Part shown: positions 27,509-37,361 of the stretch, in pieces | How the letters are laid out: every line of letters begins with the position of its first letter | Numbering within the stretch: the first letter of the stretch is position 1 | Source: Spirochaetia bacterium | GTDB taxonomy: Bacteria; Spirochaetota; Spirochaetia; UBA9216 | Direction: 5' to 3' | Assembly: GCA_963677925.2 (NCBI GenBank) | Contig: CAXXYH010000004.1 | Coordinates: 576,001 to 640,000, forward strand | Length of the DNA stretch: 64,000 nucleotides | The notes under the pieces: model-generated | The model's database searches: none | What the model was told of the DNA's origin: nothing | The model's input: only the letters and a program-made list of their open reading frames with translations | Translations under genes and position numbers: made by a program

Positions 27509-29632
27509 ATGAGAAAAACTATCAGAACTATTCAAAAAAGTAATTTACTATTTTCATTTATTGCAGCTGTGCTGCTGTTTGCAGCAGGATGCAGTAATCC
27601 GGTTATTACTGTTGATGCAGAAAGTAGAAAGGCCGGTAACACGGTTAATTCAGATTTAATTATTGCGGCTGACACTTTAATTGAAATAAACGAAACTACA
27701 AGCTATGAAACTCTTGAGATAGGTGCGGATGCATCATTCAGTATACCTGAAGGTTATTATCTGACAATGCTGGTTGACGGCATTGAAACAGTTATAGAGG
27801 AAGGTGTTTATTCTGATGTTACACTGGTGTTAACCAGGGATACAGAATTTATGGGAAGCTGGACCTGGGGCGGCAGAGACGCAGCTGCTTCAACTGCAAC
27901 ACCTCCATTCAGGGCCGCCGCGTATATTGACAGTGAGGGAATGAATGAAGAATGTTCTGTTCTTGAGGCTGTGGGATCAGGAAAGGTTTTTGATGATAAG
28001 GCAAACGGAATAAAAATTCAGGGCCAGACCGGTGATTTCTCAGGTATTGTTGTTAATAATGCTGATTATTCAATCCATGGTGCAAAAATCACTCTGGGGG
28101 GTGATACTGTCGACGGTTCCAATACAAACGATTTTGCAGGACTCGGAGCTGCAGTTGTCGTTTCTGGTGAAGATGCATTTCTTAAAGTAAACGGTTCGAA
28201 GATAGAAACCACCGGTGTCGGCAAACTGCCTGTTTTTGTTGATGATGGTGCTGTTGCAGTTTTTGAAGGCTGTAAAATAAGGGCTAACGGCGGAACCATT
28301 TATGACGGTTATATGTCTACTGCTGATCAGACTATCATGGTTGCTCCGCCGTGGGTTCTCGGCCTGGACAATGCAGAGTCAAATGCCCGAGGTTCCAACC
28401 TGATGGGTGATTATTCCGTAGCAGCATATGTAGATTCTGATATTTACGCACACGGCTGGGCCGGTCTATCAACCGACAGCGGATCCCAGATGCATTTGAT
28501 TGTTGTAAACTCTGATATCAAAGTTGAGAACTCAGGTTACGGAACATACAATATCGGCAGTGCTACCGAAGACTTCTACGGTGTCAGAATGGATGTAGCA
28601 ACAATCGGTATCATCCATACCGGCGGTCAGTCAACAATCCGGTCCTCAAGAGCAGGAGAAGAAATTAATGTTGCCAAGATGGATGGCGATACTGATGAAT
28701 ACGGATTCCAGGCTGAAGGTGCTGCTGTAACAGCTGTTTCAAGCAGAAGCTCAAGGCCTTCAGAAATAGTTGCCGGCAGCTTCGGTATTATGGCTCATCA
28801 GGGAACCAATGTAGTGAATATACTCGATAAAACATCAATAACATCCGGTGATGCCATGTTCCTGATAAAGGGCGGCAACAACTACATTAATGTTGATGAT
28901 TCTTTGCTGAAATCAGAATCAGGCGTTCTTCTTCAGCTTTTTGATAATGATGATCCCGCAGTCGGTCTTGATATGGGAACTGAATGGGGAATTGATGATC
29001 TTTTCTACGGCCACACCTACGGAATGCATATGCCTACATTCAATGAGTCATTCACCGAAGGTGAAGGCTACAGCAGTGAATTCGGCGGTATGACAGACTA
29101 CGGGACCAGCGGGATCTGTGACCTGACGCTTTCAAACGGAAACTACGAAGGTGATATCTGGAACTCAACCGGCTACCTGGTACAGGGCGCGATGGGTCCG
29201 GCAAGTGCAACCGGTTATGATGTAACAGTGACCATCGGCGAAGGTGCAACCCTTAAAGGCTTTGTCTCAGCGGGAGAGTTCAGTCATGTTGAAAAAGATC
29301 TTGCTGTCGGCAACGGTGACTGGTCTGATGCTGAATATCTGGGTCATGTAACTAATCAGGTTTACTGGAACGGATATAACAATATTGATGTTGTTGTTGA
29401 AGAAGGTGCTATATGGATTGTCACAGGAAGCGATCAGGATGATGCGGAAGGTATAATTACAAGTTTAACAAACAACGGAAGAATAATAGGTATTATTACA
29501 GAGGTTGATGAGGACTCAGACGGCATAGTTGATTATTATACTGTTGCTCCGGATCCTGATTATAAAGATGACCGGCCCGGAGATTTTCGACATAAAGATT
29601 TTAAAAATAAGGATAAAGGAAGACACAGATAA
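27509..29632 (+). CDS. Large acidic lipoprotein, probable right-handed beta-helix/adhesin-like fold
   Basis: Lipobox FAAGC; Gly/Asp/Ser/Thr-rich repeated short beta strands; DEDSDG Ca-binding-like motif; basic C-terminal tail. Confidence 0.7.
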   Translation: MRKTIRTIQKSNLLFSFIAAVLLFAAGCSNPVITVDAESRKAGNTVNSDLIIAADTLIEINETTSYETLEIGADASFSIPEGYYLTMLVDGIETVIEEGVYSDVTLVLTRDTEFMGSWTWGGRDAAASTATPPFRAAAYIDSEGMNEECSVLEAVGSGKVFDDKANGIKIQGQTGDFSGIVVNNADYSIHGAKITLGGDTVDGSNTNDFAGLGAAVVVSGEDAFLKVNGSKIETTGVGKLPVFVDDGAVAVFEGCKIRANGGTIYDGYMSTADQTIMVAPPWVLGLDNAESNARGSNLMGDYSVAAYVDSDIYAHGWAGLSTDSGSQMHLIVVNSDIKVENSGYGTYNIGSATEDFYGVRMDVATIGIIHTGGQSTIRSSRAGEEINVAKMDGDTDEYGFQAEGAAVTAVSSRSSRPSEIVAGSFGIMAHQGTNVVNILDKTSITSGDAMFLIKGGNNYINVDDSLLKSESGVLLQLFDNDDPAVGLDMGTEWGIDDLFYGHTYGMHMPTFNESFTEGEGYSSEFGGMTDYGTSGICDLTLSNGNYEGDIWNSTGYLVQGAMGPASATGYDVTVTIGEGATLKGFVSAGEFSHVEKDLAVGNGDWSDAEYLGHVTNQVYWNGYNNIDVVVEEGAIWIVTGSDQDDAEGIITSLTNNGRIIGIITEVDEDSDGIVDYYTVAPDPDYKDDRPGDFRHKDFKNKDKGRHR

Positions 29633-29644
29633 TACTTTGTATAT

Positions 29645-29675
29645 AAGGGTTGTCCGGTCTGGGCAGCCCTTTTTT
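29645..29675 (+). terminator. Rho-independent terminator
   Basis: AAGGGTTGTCC/GGGCAGCCCTT stem followed by a T-tract, between convergent genes. Confidence 0.75.
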
Positions 29676-29889
29676 AAAAAACTATAAAGTCGCCTTTCCT
29701 GTTAAGCTCGTCTGTATATCTTTTATTACCTGAATCGGTGAGTATATAATAAGTATCTTTACCCTTAATCTCCTCTTTGAAAAGATCGTAGTACTGACAC
29801 ATTTTAACATCATCACCCGGAGCAATTTCCGAGGGAGTCCAGTGGGTAGCTTCATCTGCTGAATAAACAATTTCGTAGCTGGTAGACAT
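29674..29889 (-). CDS. Small hypothetical protein (71 aa), leaderless
   Basis: ORF preceded by TTGACA-17-TATTAT-6-ATG. Confidence 0.65.
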   Translation of the reverse strand: MSTSYEIVYSADEATHWTPSEIAPGDDVKMCQYYDLFKEEIKGKDTYYILTDSGNKRYTDELNRKGDFIVF

Positions 29890-29895
29890 GGGTCA

Positions 29896-29924
29896 ATAAT
29901 AGACATCCGATAAAAGCATGTCAA
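29896..29924 (-). promoter_or_regulatory. Near-consensus sigma70 promoter
   Basis: TTGACA (29924-29919), 17-nt spacer, TATTAT (29901-29896). Confidence 0.7.
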
Positions 29925-30008
29925 TTGTGCTCTTCATTGTTTCCCTGTCTTGTCGGAAAGTGTTAATCATTATAACCTGAAAACTAACTGGAATTCTGGA
30001 GTACGGAT

Positions 30009-31232
30009 ATGAAAACTATTAATCTGACAATCCCCGATGAATTAGCTGAAAAATACGGATTCAGTCGGGATGGGCAGTACGATATAAAAGAATATGCTGA
30101 CGGAATTTTTATCAGGCAGTCTTCAGATATCCTTAAACGTATTTACCTTGAGGTAACCAATCAATGCAATCTGAAATGCAAGACCTGTGTCAGAAATGTC
30201 TGGGAAGAAAAAAACGGATTGATGTTCTATACGGATTTTCTGAAAATTATTGAAGATACCGGCAGGATGCTTGCCGGGAATGAGCAGCCTTTTACTTTTA
30301 TCTTCGGAGGCTGGGGCGAGCCGCTTATTCATCCTGATATTTTTAAAATGATCCGCGAAATAAAAAAATACGGATGGCGGACCGAACTGATTACTAACGG
30401 AACCCTGCTTAGCAGTGATACTTCAGAAAAACTGATTGATGCCGGCCTGGATATTATCTGGGTTTCTCTGGATGGAGCAAAGCCTGAAAGCTATAAGGAT
30501 GTCAGACTTGGAAATATGCTTCCTGTGATTCTTGAAAATCTAAGTAATCTTAGGAAGACCAAGGTTCTGAAATTTTCAGAAACCCCTAATCTGGGTATAG
30601 CCTTTGTTGCTATGAAGAGCAATATAAAAGACCTGCCGGGAATAATTGATATATGCCGCAGAATGAATGCTGTGAAGCTTTCGGTGAGTAATGTCCTTCC
30701 CTTTACAGAAGAACTGGCTGAGGAACGTCTGTATAAAATGTCTTCAGGAAACTGGTGGGGGCGGGGAGACATTGAAATCTCTTTTCCCAGAATTGATGTT
30801 TCCGATGAGGTAAGCGAAATAATAAAAACAACTGCCGGTGCAGGCGGCTGGTATTCAATTGCAGGAAATGAGCGGGACCAGAGAATTGGTGTCTGTCCTT
30901 TTATGAAAAAAGCAAGCCTTTCGATCCGCTGGGACGGCAAAGTAAGTCCATGTACACCGCTTTTTTACAATAGTGAATCCTACCTTGATAAAACTCTCCG
31001 AAAAAGCGATGCCTGTCATTTCGGGGATATTCATTCAGGGAGTCTGTCCGAAATATGGATGAAGTCCGAATACCGTGAGTTCAGAAAAAGGCTTCAGTTT
31101 GAAGAATTTTCTCCATGCACCTACTGCAACTCCTGTGAGATGGCTGAAGACAATGGTGAAGACTGTTTCGGAAACAATCACCCCTCCTGCGGCGGATGTC
31201 TGTGGCAGCAGGGATTCATTCAGTGTCCGTGA
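30009..31232 (+). CDS. Radical SAM/SPASM protein, similar to the tungsten-cofactor oxidoreductase radical SAM maturase
   Basis: CNLKCKTC, FGGWGEP, SPASM CPF…IRWDGKVSPC, Cys-rich end CTYCNSC…DCFGN…SCGGCLW…IQCP. Confidence 0.8.
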   Translation: MKTINLTIPDELAEKYGFSRDGQYDIKEYADGIFIRQSSDILKRIYLEVTNQCNLKCKTCVRNVWEEKNGLMFYTDFLKIIEDTGRMLAGNEQPFTFIFGGWGEPLIHPDIFKMIREIKKYGWRTELITNGTLLSSDTSEKLIDAGLDIIWVSLDGAKPESYKDVRLGNMLPVILENLSNLRKTKVLKFSETPNLGIAFVAMKSNIKDLPGIIDICRRMNAVKLSVSNVLPFTEELAEERLYKMSSGNWWGRGDIEISFPRIDVSDEVSEIIKTTAGAGGWYSIAGNERDQRIGVCPFMKKASLSIRWDGKVSPCTPLFYNSESYLDKTLRKSDACHFGDIHSGSLSEIWMKSEYREFRKRLQFEEFSPCTYCNSCEMAEDNGEDCFGNNHPSCGGCLWQQGFIQCP

Positions 31233-31242
31233 TCCTGAGTCT

Positions 31243-32010
31243 TCAGTTAATTGGAAAAGTGATAGTAAAGATTGTCTCTATTCCCAACTTTGAATTGATG
31301 GTCAATTCACCTGCTATCTGATCTACAAGAGCTCTGGTGATTGTAAAACCAATTGCCTCTTTCTTTTCCATCACCTTGTCAAAATCTATTCCAAGACCGT
31401 TATCTGATATTTTATAGACAACCTGTTCTGTTTCCAAGTGCTTCATACTGATCATGATCTTTGGATGATCCATTTCCCTGTTAAAGGCATGTTTTAGAAT
31501 ATTCGTAATTATTTCATTAGTTATCAGGCCTATTGGTATAAGTGTATCCAGATCAAATTCAATCTCATCAATATCGAGCTCTTTCTCTATTTCCAGACCC
31601 TCCGGCTTAAACGTAAGAATAAGATCCGAAATAAAGTCCATCAGGTAGTCTTTGATATTTATACTTTTTATTTTTTCATTAGCATAAAGATATTCATGGA
31701 TAGATGCCATGGTTTCTATCCGTTGAATGGAATCCAGAAGTGGCTGCTTTGTTTCATCTTCTTCCAGGGCGGTACATTTAAGATTTAAAAGAGAAGAAAT
31801 TACAGTCATATTATTTTTCACACGATGATGTATTTCCCTCAGTAATATTTCTTTTTCCATGAGTGATTCTTTTATTCTTTCTTCACTTTCTCTTCGCCGC
31901 TGTACCTCATCTTCAAGCTCTTCAATTTTTTTCTGAAGTTCAGGATAATAGCTTTTTCGGGAAGAAAATTCCCCCAGCCCCAATAGCTGGCCTAATTCAT
32001 TTTCATCCAT
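31243..32010 (-). CDS. Soluble sensor histidine kinase (HisKA_2/HWE-like)
   Basis: LLREIHHRVKNN H-box, NEIITNILKH, ISDNGLG; N-terminal LLGLGEFSSRKSYYPEL. Confidence 0.88.
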   Translation of the reverse strand: MDENELGQLLGLGEFSSRKSYYPELQKKIEELEDEVQRRRESEERIKESLMEKEILLREIHHRVKNNMTVISSLLNLKCTALEEDETKQPLLDSIQRIETMASIHEYLYANEKIKSINIKDYLMDFISDLILTFKPEGLEIEKELDIDEIEFDLDTLIPIGLITNEIITNILKHAFNREMDHPKIMISMKHLETEQVVYKISDNGLGIDFDKVMEKKEAIGFTITRALVDQIAGELTINSKLGIETIFTITFPIN

Positions 32011-32033
32011 CAGTATCAATCCTGGTGTTTGTT

Positions 32034-33194
32034 CTAAAGAGATTCTTCATAAATAACTTCAAGGTCCCTCTGGTTTGCCGGTTTTGGATTAGTTATCATA
32101 CACGCATCTTTAATTGCATGCTTTGATAAAAAAGGAATATCTGTTGTTTTTATGCCTTTTTCACTGAGGTGCTGGGTTATTCCGGATATTCTTTTCAGTT
32201 CCCCAATCGTCTTGAATAATTCCTTCTTAACCATTTTATTTGTAAGCCCGTCTGTATGTATATCCATGGCCTTCGCAATTTCCCGGAACTTCTCCGGAGA
32301 TGCATCAAAGTTGTAGGCAACAACATGATCCAGCAGTATCCCGTTTAGTTCACCGTGAAAAAGATCGTAATAGCCTCCGAGGCTATGGGACATCGCGTGT
32401 ACTGCGCCAAGAATAGCATTTGAAAATGCCAGTCCGGCATTCATACTTGCAAGCATCATTTCTTCTCTGAGTTTTGTGTTATTTAAATCCTTGAGAAGTT
32501 CGGGAAGGACTTTATAAACCTGCCTTATTGCCTGCAATGCGTACATGTCTGTTAAGGGTCCGCTTCCTTTGGAAACAAAAGCCTCCATAGCATGTACAAG
32601 AGCATCTATCCCTGTACAGGCTGTAAGATAAAAATCCATGGAAGTTGTTGTTTCGTAGTCAACAAGTGAAACATCCGGAACAATACTTTTGCTGACTATG
32701 CTGATCTTGTTCTGCTCTTTCTGATCGGTAATGATACAGAACTGTGAGACATCAGATGATGTTCCGGCAGTTGTAGGTACACAGATCAGAGGCGGCGCAG
32801 GTATAGGAATCTTATCAATTCCTTCAAAATCCAGAATATTCTTCCGGTTTGAATAAACAATACCTATTCCTTTTCCGGTATCCATTGTGCTGCCGCCGCC
32901 GATAGCAATAATGGCATCACATTTTTCCCGTTTGAATAATTCAGCTCCTGCCATTATGTCATCTTCTCTGGGATTTGAAACTACCTGTGAATAGATTGTC
33001 CAGGGGATTCCGGCAGTATCAAGTGAGTTCTGAATATCTTTGTGCCATCCGGCTTTCATAACACCGGGATCCGAAACAATTAAAACTTTTTTAGCTGAAA
33101 ACTGTTTGGCATGTCTTCCTGCAAGCTTTCTGGAACCCTGCCCGAAAATAATTTCAGGGGCTACAAATTTCCTCATGTTAAGTAAATCAGGCAT
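32034..33194 (-). CDS. ercA: Iron-containing alcohol dehydrogenase, ErcA-like
   Basis: MRKFVAPEIIFG, GGGS, PTTAGTSSDVSQF, GIDALVHAME, GAVHAMSHSLGG; followed by a histidine kinase; start at ATG 33194. Confidence 0.8.
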   Translation of the reverse strand: MPDLLNMRKFVAPEIIFGQGSRKLAGRHAKQFSAKKVLIVSDPGVMKAGWHKDIQNSLDTAGIPWTIYSQVVSNPREDDIMAGAELFKREKCDAIIAIGGGSTMDTGKGIGIVYSNRKNILDFEGIDKIPIPAPPLICVPTTAGTSSDVSQFCIITDQKEQNKISIVSKSIVPDVSLVDYETTTSMDFYLTACTGIDALVHAMEAFVSKGSGPLTDMYALQAIRQVYKVLPELLKDLNNTKLREEMMLASMNAGLAFSNAILGAVHAMSHSLGGYYDLFHGELNGILLDHVVAYNFDASPEKFREIAKAMDIHTDGLTNKMVKKELFKTIGELKRISGITQHLSEKGIKTTDIPFLSKHAIKDACMITNPKPANQRDLEVIYEESL

Positions 33195-33258
33195 ATTCAC
33201 CTCTATTACTTTAATTATAGGAAATGCACAAAGATATTGCCAATTTGAAAGCTGAAAT

Positions 33259-34074
33259 TTACCTGTACTTGAGTGAGTGATCAAACAGCCATGGGAATAA
33301 GTCCGTATCGGTATAGCAGGGGCCTGATGTATGTCCCATACCGGTGTATTCGCTGTATTTAAACATCGGATATATTCCACGGGTCAGAGTTACAGTAATG
33401 CGTTCGTAATCAGAGAGTGTATCCGCCTTTTCTGATTCAAGTGCCCATTTATTGCAGTCATAATTCCGCATATACTCCAGTGCTTCCCGGGCTACGGCCA
33501 CCCTATCCTCAGTATCTTCGAGACCTATATGGTACCAGACGGCAGTCTGTTCTGCGATTTCTTCAGTGAGATCCGACTGGCTCCCTCCTGCACATCGTAT
33601 AATCGCAGCGAAATACAATCCTTCTGCATACATTCCCTTTGCAAGCGGATAGCTGCTGGAGCCGCCCCAGGAGAATCCGGTCAGATATATTCTGTCGGTA
33701 TCTATCCGGAACCCTGCATCAATCGCGCTTCTGATCCACAGTGCAAGTGCCTCACCGTCTGACTCCGAAGTCTTCTGGTAGTCCATTACAAAGGCGGGAT
33801 ATTCCTGCGGAAAAAAGGGATGAGTCTCACTTTCCGCTTCGTATTGTGATTCTCCTTCTCCCCACATTCCGGAAACAAGCAGTGGATAATTGCGAAGTGA
33901 GTTTATAAATTTATCATAACCCCAGGGACTTTTAAAGCTCAGCTCATCATGAATAAGTTCAACCGGGGCATCCTCTTCATCAAAGGTTTCATCAGGATAA
34001 TAAGGCTGACATGAGAACAGGGATGATGCAGAAAAACAGATAATTAAAAATGTTACATACGTTTTAAATTTCAT
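33259..34074 (-). CDS. Lipoprotein alpha/beta hydrolase (esterase/phospholipase/peptidase-like)
   Basis: Lipobox LFSC; RIYLTGFSWGG nucleophile elbow; EYTGMGH. Confidence 0.75.
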   Translation of the reverse strand: MKFKTYVTFLIICFSASSLFSCQPYYPDETFDEEDAPVELIHDELSFKSPWGYDKFINSLRNYPLLVSGMWGEGESQYEAESETHPFFPQEYPAFVMDYQKTSESDGEALALWIRSAIDAGFRIDTDRIYLTGFSWGGSSSYPLAKGMYAEGLYFAAIIRCAGGSQSDLTEEIAEQTAVWYHIGLEDTEDRVAVAREALEYMRNYDCNKWALESEKADTLSDYERITVTLTRGIYPMFKYSEYTGMGHTSGPCYTDTDLFPWLFDHSLKYR

Positions 34075-34771
34075 TTTTTTTCGACTGTTCTTTTTCCATC
34101 ATCAGATAACCTGCAGCAAAAAGTGTCTGTGCAATGATAAAGCAGGGATGAACAATATTCTCACCGAAGCTTACCGAACTCATATAATGATTTGCTGTGT
34201 AAAGTCCGTTTTCAGCAATATAGAAAAGGGATCCAAGAAACATCACAAGACTTCCCCTTCTTCCCGGATTACTCATGAGCTGTCCAAGGGCGGTAATACT
34301 TATTACAGCTATCAGGGTCATGTAGATTGCGATGGGTACAAGCATTGAGCCTAAATCATCTTTCATTAAAATTATAAAGAAAGTGCAGATCCAAATCAGC
34401 GGAAGCTGAAAAATCAGAAACCATCGTGAGAGCTTATCGATATTGATTCCCATAATAAAAATATATCCGAGAAATCCGACTATTGTAAAAGCTGATCCCG
34501 CAATAAAAAGAACCTTCGATTCCTCTCCCCATATCAGGCAGACATTTCCCAGCCATAGGCCTGCTTCTGCCCATACGATCGGCAGTCCCTTTTTTCTGTT
34601 CTGTACAGTCAGTAAAAAGAATAAAGCCAGTGAAGGCATAAGCAGTACCTTGCTGTAGTCAAAGTAATTACCGGCCATGTTGGTCAGGATAATGTGAATA
34701 ATTGAGATTGCTGCAAAAAGTGAAAAAGCTAATATTGAACCTGTTTTTTTATCTTTGATTAATTTTTCCAT
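34064..34771 (-). CDS. YhhN/lysoplasmalogenase-like membrane protein
   Basis: KVLLMP, PIAIYM, GSLFY and AQ motifs across about 8 TM segments; the usual Asp positions read GN/EN, so it is divergent. Confidence 0.65.
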   Translation of the reverse strand: MEKLIKDKKTGSILAFSLFAAISIIHIILTNMAGNYFDYSKVLLMPSLALFFLLTVQNRKKGLPIVWAEAGLWLGNVCLIWGEESKVLFIAGSAFTIVGFLGYIFIMGINIDKLSRWFLIFQLPLIWICTFFIILMKDDLGSMLVPIAIYMTLIAVISITALGQLMSNPGRRGSLVMFLGSLFYIAENGLYTANHYMSSVSFGENIVHPCFIIAQTLFAAGYLMMEKEQSKKNEI

Positions 34772-34923
34772 TTTAAAAATCCATAGTTTTTGATGTGTTC
34801 ATCTTATGCCTATTAGAGGACAGGGTCAATATTTTCTTGACTGGTGAAATTTCCTGCCTTATGATGGCTCACCGGTAAAAAGATACAATTACCGGAATAA
34901 TTTATGACGGAGGAAAAAATATC

Positions 34924-36189
34924 ATGAATCTTGACGGTCGAAAATTTGAAATTTTTTACCCTGATAATTATTCACCTGATGAAAAAAAATCAATGGATGA
35001 ATTAAAAGCCAGGGTCGAGAGTGAAGGCGGTGCAGGCCTGATGGTTGACCGGACTGTTACTCTGGAAAAGCGTGATGCTGTCGAATATGCACGCTTATGG
35101 GATCGCTGGAACCCCCTGTTTAATTCAGAAAAATATGCAGAGAAAACAAAATGGCGACGGATGCCGACACTGCCATGTTTTTCATTCGGTGAAAATATTT
35201 CCGGATTTCCAATGATGGATGAAGCCGGGAGAAAACTGGGAGACCTCTTCTATTACGCGAATGACGGAGGGGATATTGAGCTCTTTGAGCACGTATATCC
35301 GGGAGATGTGCTGACTTTCAAAAGTACCACCCAGCATATTAAGGACAGTACGCCTGAATCCGGATCAGCTCTAAGATCCTTCAACCTCTACGGTGAGACT
35401 GAAATGCTTCGGAATGGTAGGGTCGTGGGGAGAGGAAAGGGATATGGACGTAATGCAATGATGCGTTTTGCGGATGGTGGTCCGGTTCCGTCAGTCTATG
35501 AGCAGACTTACGAATGGCTTGATTATATACCACCTGTTCATACTACAACCGAGAATGAGTGGTCAATGATCCGTGAGTTGTGGAAAAATGAAGAAATCAG
35601 AGGAAGTAAAAAAAGATACTGGGATGAGGTTAAAATAGGTGATCGTCTGACTCCTGTATGTTCCGGTCCTGTTTCTGATATCGATATGTTCCGTCTGCAT
35701 GGAGATATGATTTGCGGAATGCCTGATACGCGGGGATTTATCGAGGAAGGGCAGGAAGGATTTCTAATCACTGATAAATACGGACAGAAGATCAATTTTA
35801 TGGCCAGGCATTATTCATACTGCCGGAATGAAGGGGCTCGTGCAGTATTTTATAATTTTACAGCGAGAAATTTTATCATTCGTATGCTTACCAACTGGAT
35901 GGGTGATGACGGTTTTCTGCGCGGATTTAAATGGCGTTTTCAGAACCTGTTCAGGTGTATGGCCGGAAATGAGCCCGGAAAAGAGTTCCTGGCAAAGGTT
36001 CCATCGATGTCAGGCCGGTTTGTTAACAGGCATGGTATGGAGGGGGATACTGCAATCTGCATGGCTGAAGTAACCGATCTGTATATTCGGGACGGTCTTT
36101 ATTTGGCTAATGTCGTCTGCTGGGCTGAAACATTTGACGGTGATGTTATTCAGGTTGTTGAAGCAACAGTTGAACTACCAAAAAAATAA
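34924..36189 (+). CDS. Double hot-dog (MaoC/FAS1-like) acyl dehydratase
   Basis: WNPLFNSEKYAEKTKW, VYPGDVL, RYWDEVKIGD, LTNWMGDDG and ATVELP motifs. Confidence 0.72.
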   Translation: MNLDGRKFEIFYPDNYSPDEKKSMDELKARVESEGGAGLMVDRTVTLEKRDAVEYARLWDRWNPLFNSEKYAEKTKWRRMPTLPCFSFGENISGFPMMDEAGRKLGDLFYYANDGGDIELFEHVYPGDVLTFKSTTQHIKDSTPESGSALRSFNLYGETEMLRNGRVVGRGKGYGRNAMMRFADGGPVPSVYEQTYEWLDYIPPVHTTTENEWSMIRELWKNEEIRGSKKRYWDEVKIGDRLTPVCSGPVSDIDMFRLHGDMICGMPDTRGFIEEGQEGFLITDKYGQKINFMARHYSYCRNEGARAVFYNFTARNFIIRMLTNWMGDDGFLRGFKWRFQNLFRCMAGNEPGKEFLAKVPSMSGRFVNRHGMEGDTAICMAEVTDLYIRDGLYLANVVCWAETFDGDVIQVVEATVELPKK

Positions 36190-36209
36190 TTTAAAAAATT
36201 AAAACTACA

Positions 36210-36262
36210 GGCAGTCCCCGAACGGGAGTCTGCCGTCACCCCACTATGAATAATATTCATAG
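36210..36262. other. Two inverted repeats between convergent genes (terminator- or operator-like)
   Basis: GGCAG…CCCG-AA-CGGG…CTGCC (36210-36234) and CTATGAATA-A-TATTCATAG (36244-36262). Confidence 0.45.
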
Positions 36263-36326
36263 AACTACGTAATTTTTCGAGCTGTACTAATAAAAATTCC
36301 GGGTTTAGAATTATCACACTAATCAA

Positions 36327-37256
36327 TCAGTTCAGAGGTACCGCTTGGGGCATTTTAAGCATTTCGTAATATTGTACTACACTCTTGTAAAATGTAAGCG
36401 TTGCCTTGGAAATAAAATGACCGGACTTTTTGGTAATGCCGATGGTTTTGTGAATAAGTTCATCGGCACCTGTAAGCGGGATGCATTTTACAGACATATC
36501 CGGTGTAGGGAAGATGGAGCGAACACCTCTGGTGATTGTATAAGGCGTTATCATGACTGCATGCCCGGAGGCAATGAATGCCATCGGCATATCAGAGTCA
36601 TAACCGGAGTACATGATTTTTGGAGTAAATCCCGCTTTTCTGCAGAGGCTGTGAGTGGCGTTATCAATACCGAAGGCAACATTACTGATGATAAAGCGCT
36701 CTTCGGAGAGACTCGAAAGCGAGAGAGTTTTTCTATCGGCAAGAGGGTGGCTTTTTCCAACCATGATTTCAAGGCTGTCGATAAAAAGCGGTTCCCATAC
36801 GAGGTCGTTGCCGACTATGGGATCTGTCGTGACGGAAAAGTCAATGCTTCCTGTTTCAAGTCTGCGGGCAATTTCTTCTTTTGGAAGAAGGCTGCAGTGA
36901 AAGGAAATGTCTGGATGGTCAAAAAGAAATTCCTGGATAAGGTGCTTAATAAAAACATCCTGACAAATGGCAACCTTAATTTCTCCCTCTTCAAGTCCTG
37001 CACTTTCTTTCGTGGCCCGAATGCTGTCTTCTATGGTCATAAGAGAATGTTCAACGTGCGAAAGAAATACAGCTCCGTGACGGTTAAGCCATATCCTGTT
37101 GCCGGAACGTTCGAAGAGTTCAAGCTCGAGTTCATCTTCAAGCTTTGCAATGGATTTACTGAGGGCAGACTGGGAGACGTTCAGAATCTTGGCTGCATGA
37201 GTAATGTTTTCGGTTTGAGCAATGGTTTTAAAATATTGAAGCTGTGTAATTTCCAT
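36327..37256 (-). CDS. LysR-family transcriptional regulator
   Basis: MEITQLQYF…AAKILNVSQSALSKSIAKLEDEL…LFER HTH; divergent from the ABC operon. Confidence 0.95.
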   Translation of the reverse strand: MEITQLQYFKTIAQTENITHAAKILNVSQSALSKSIAKLEDELELELFERSGNRIWLNRHGAVFLSHVEHSLMTIEDSIRATKESAGLEEGEIKVAICQDVFIKHLIQEFLFDHPDISFHCSLLPKEEIARRLETGSIDFSVTTDPIVGNDLVWEPLFIDSLEIMVGKSHPLADRKTLSLSSLSEERFIISNVAFGIDNATHSLCRKAGFTPKIMYSGYDSDMPMAFIASGHAVMITPYTITRGVRSIFPTPDMSVKCIPLTGADELIHKTIGITKKSGHFISKATLTFYKSVVQYYEMLKMPQAVPLN

Positions 37257-37361
37257 AAAGATTCCTTTCCGGATTCACATAATAACATGTATTTTGCCGG
37301 AATTTGAAAAAATAGTTCATCAATAGGGGGAATCCCTAAAGCAATAGATTTTAAGGAGATA

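Noticed and set aside
29560-29574. DYKDD sequence resembling a FLAG tag
   Set aside because: Only five residues match, within a natural Asp-rich tail; no vector sequence nearby
33195-33380. 62-aa N-terminal extension of the ADH in the ORF track
   Set aside because: Overlaps the upstream gene; family similarity and an SD point to ATG 33194
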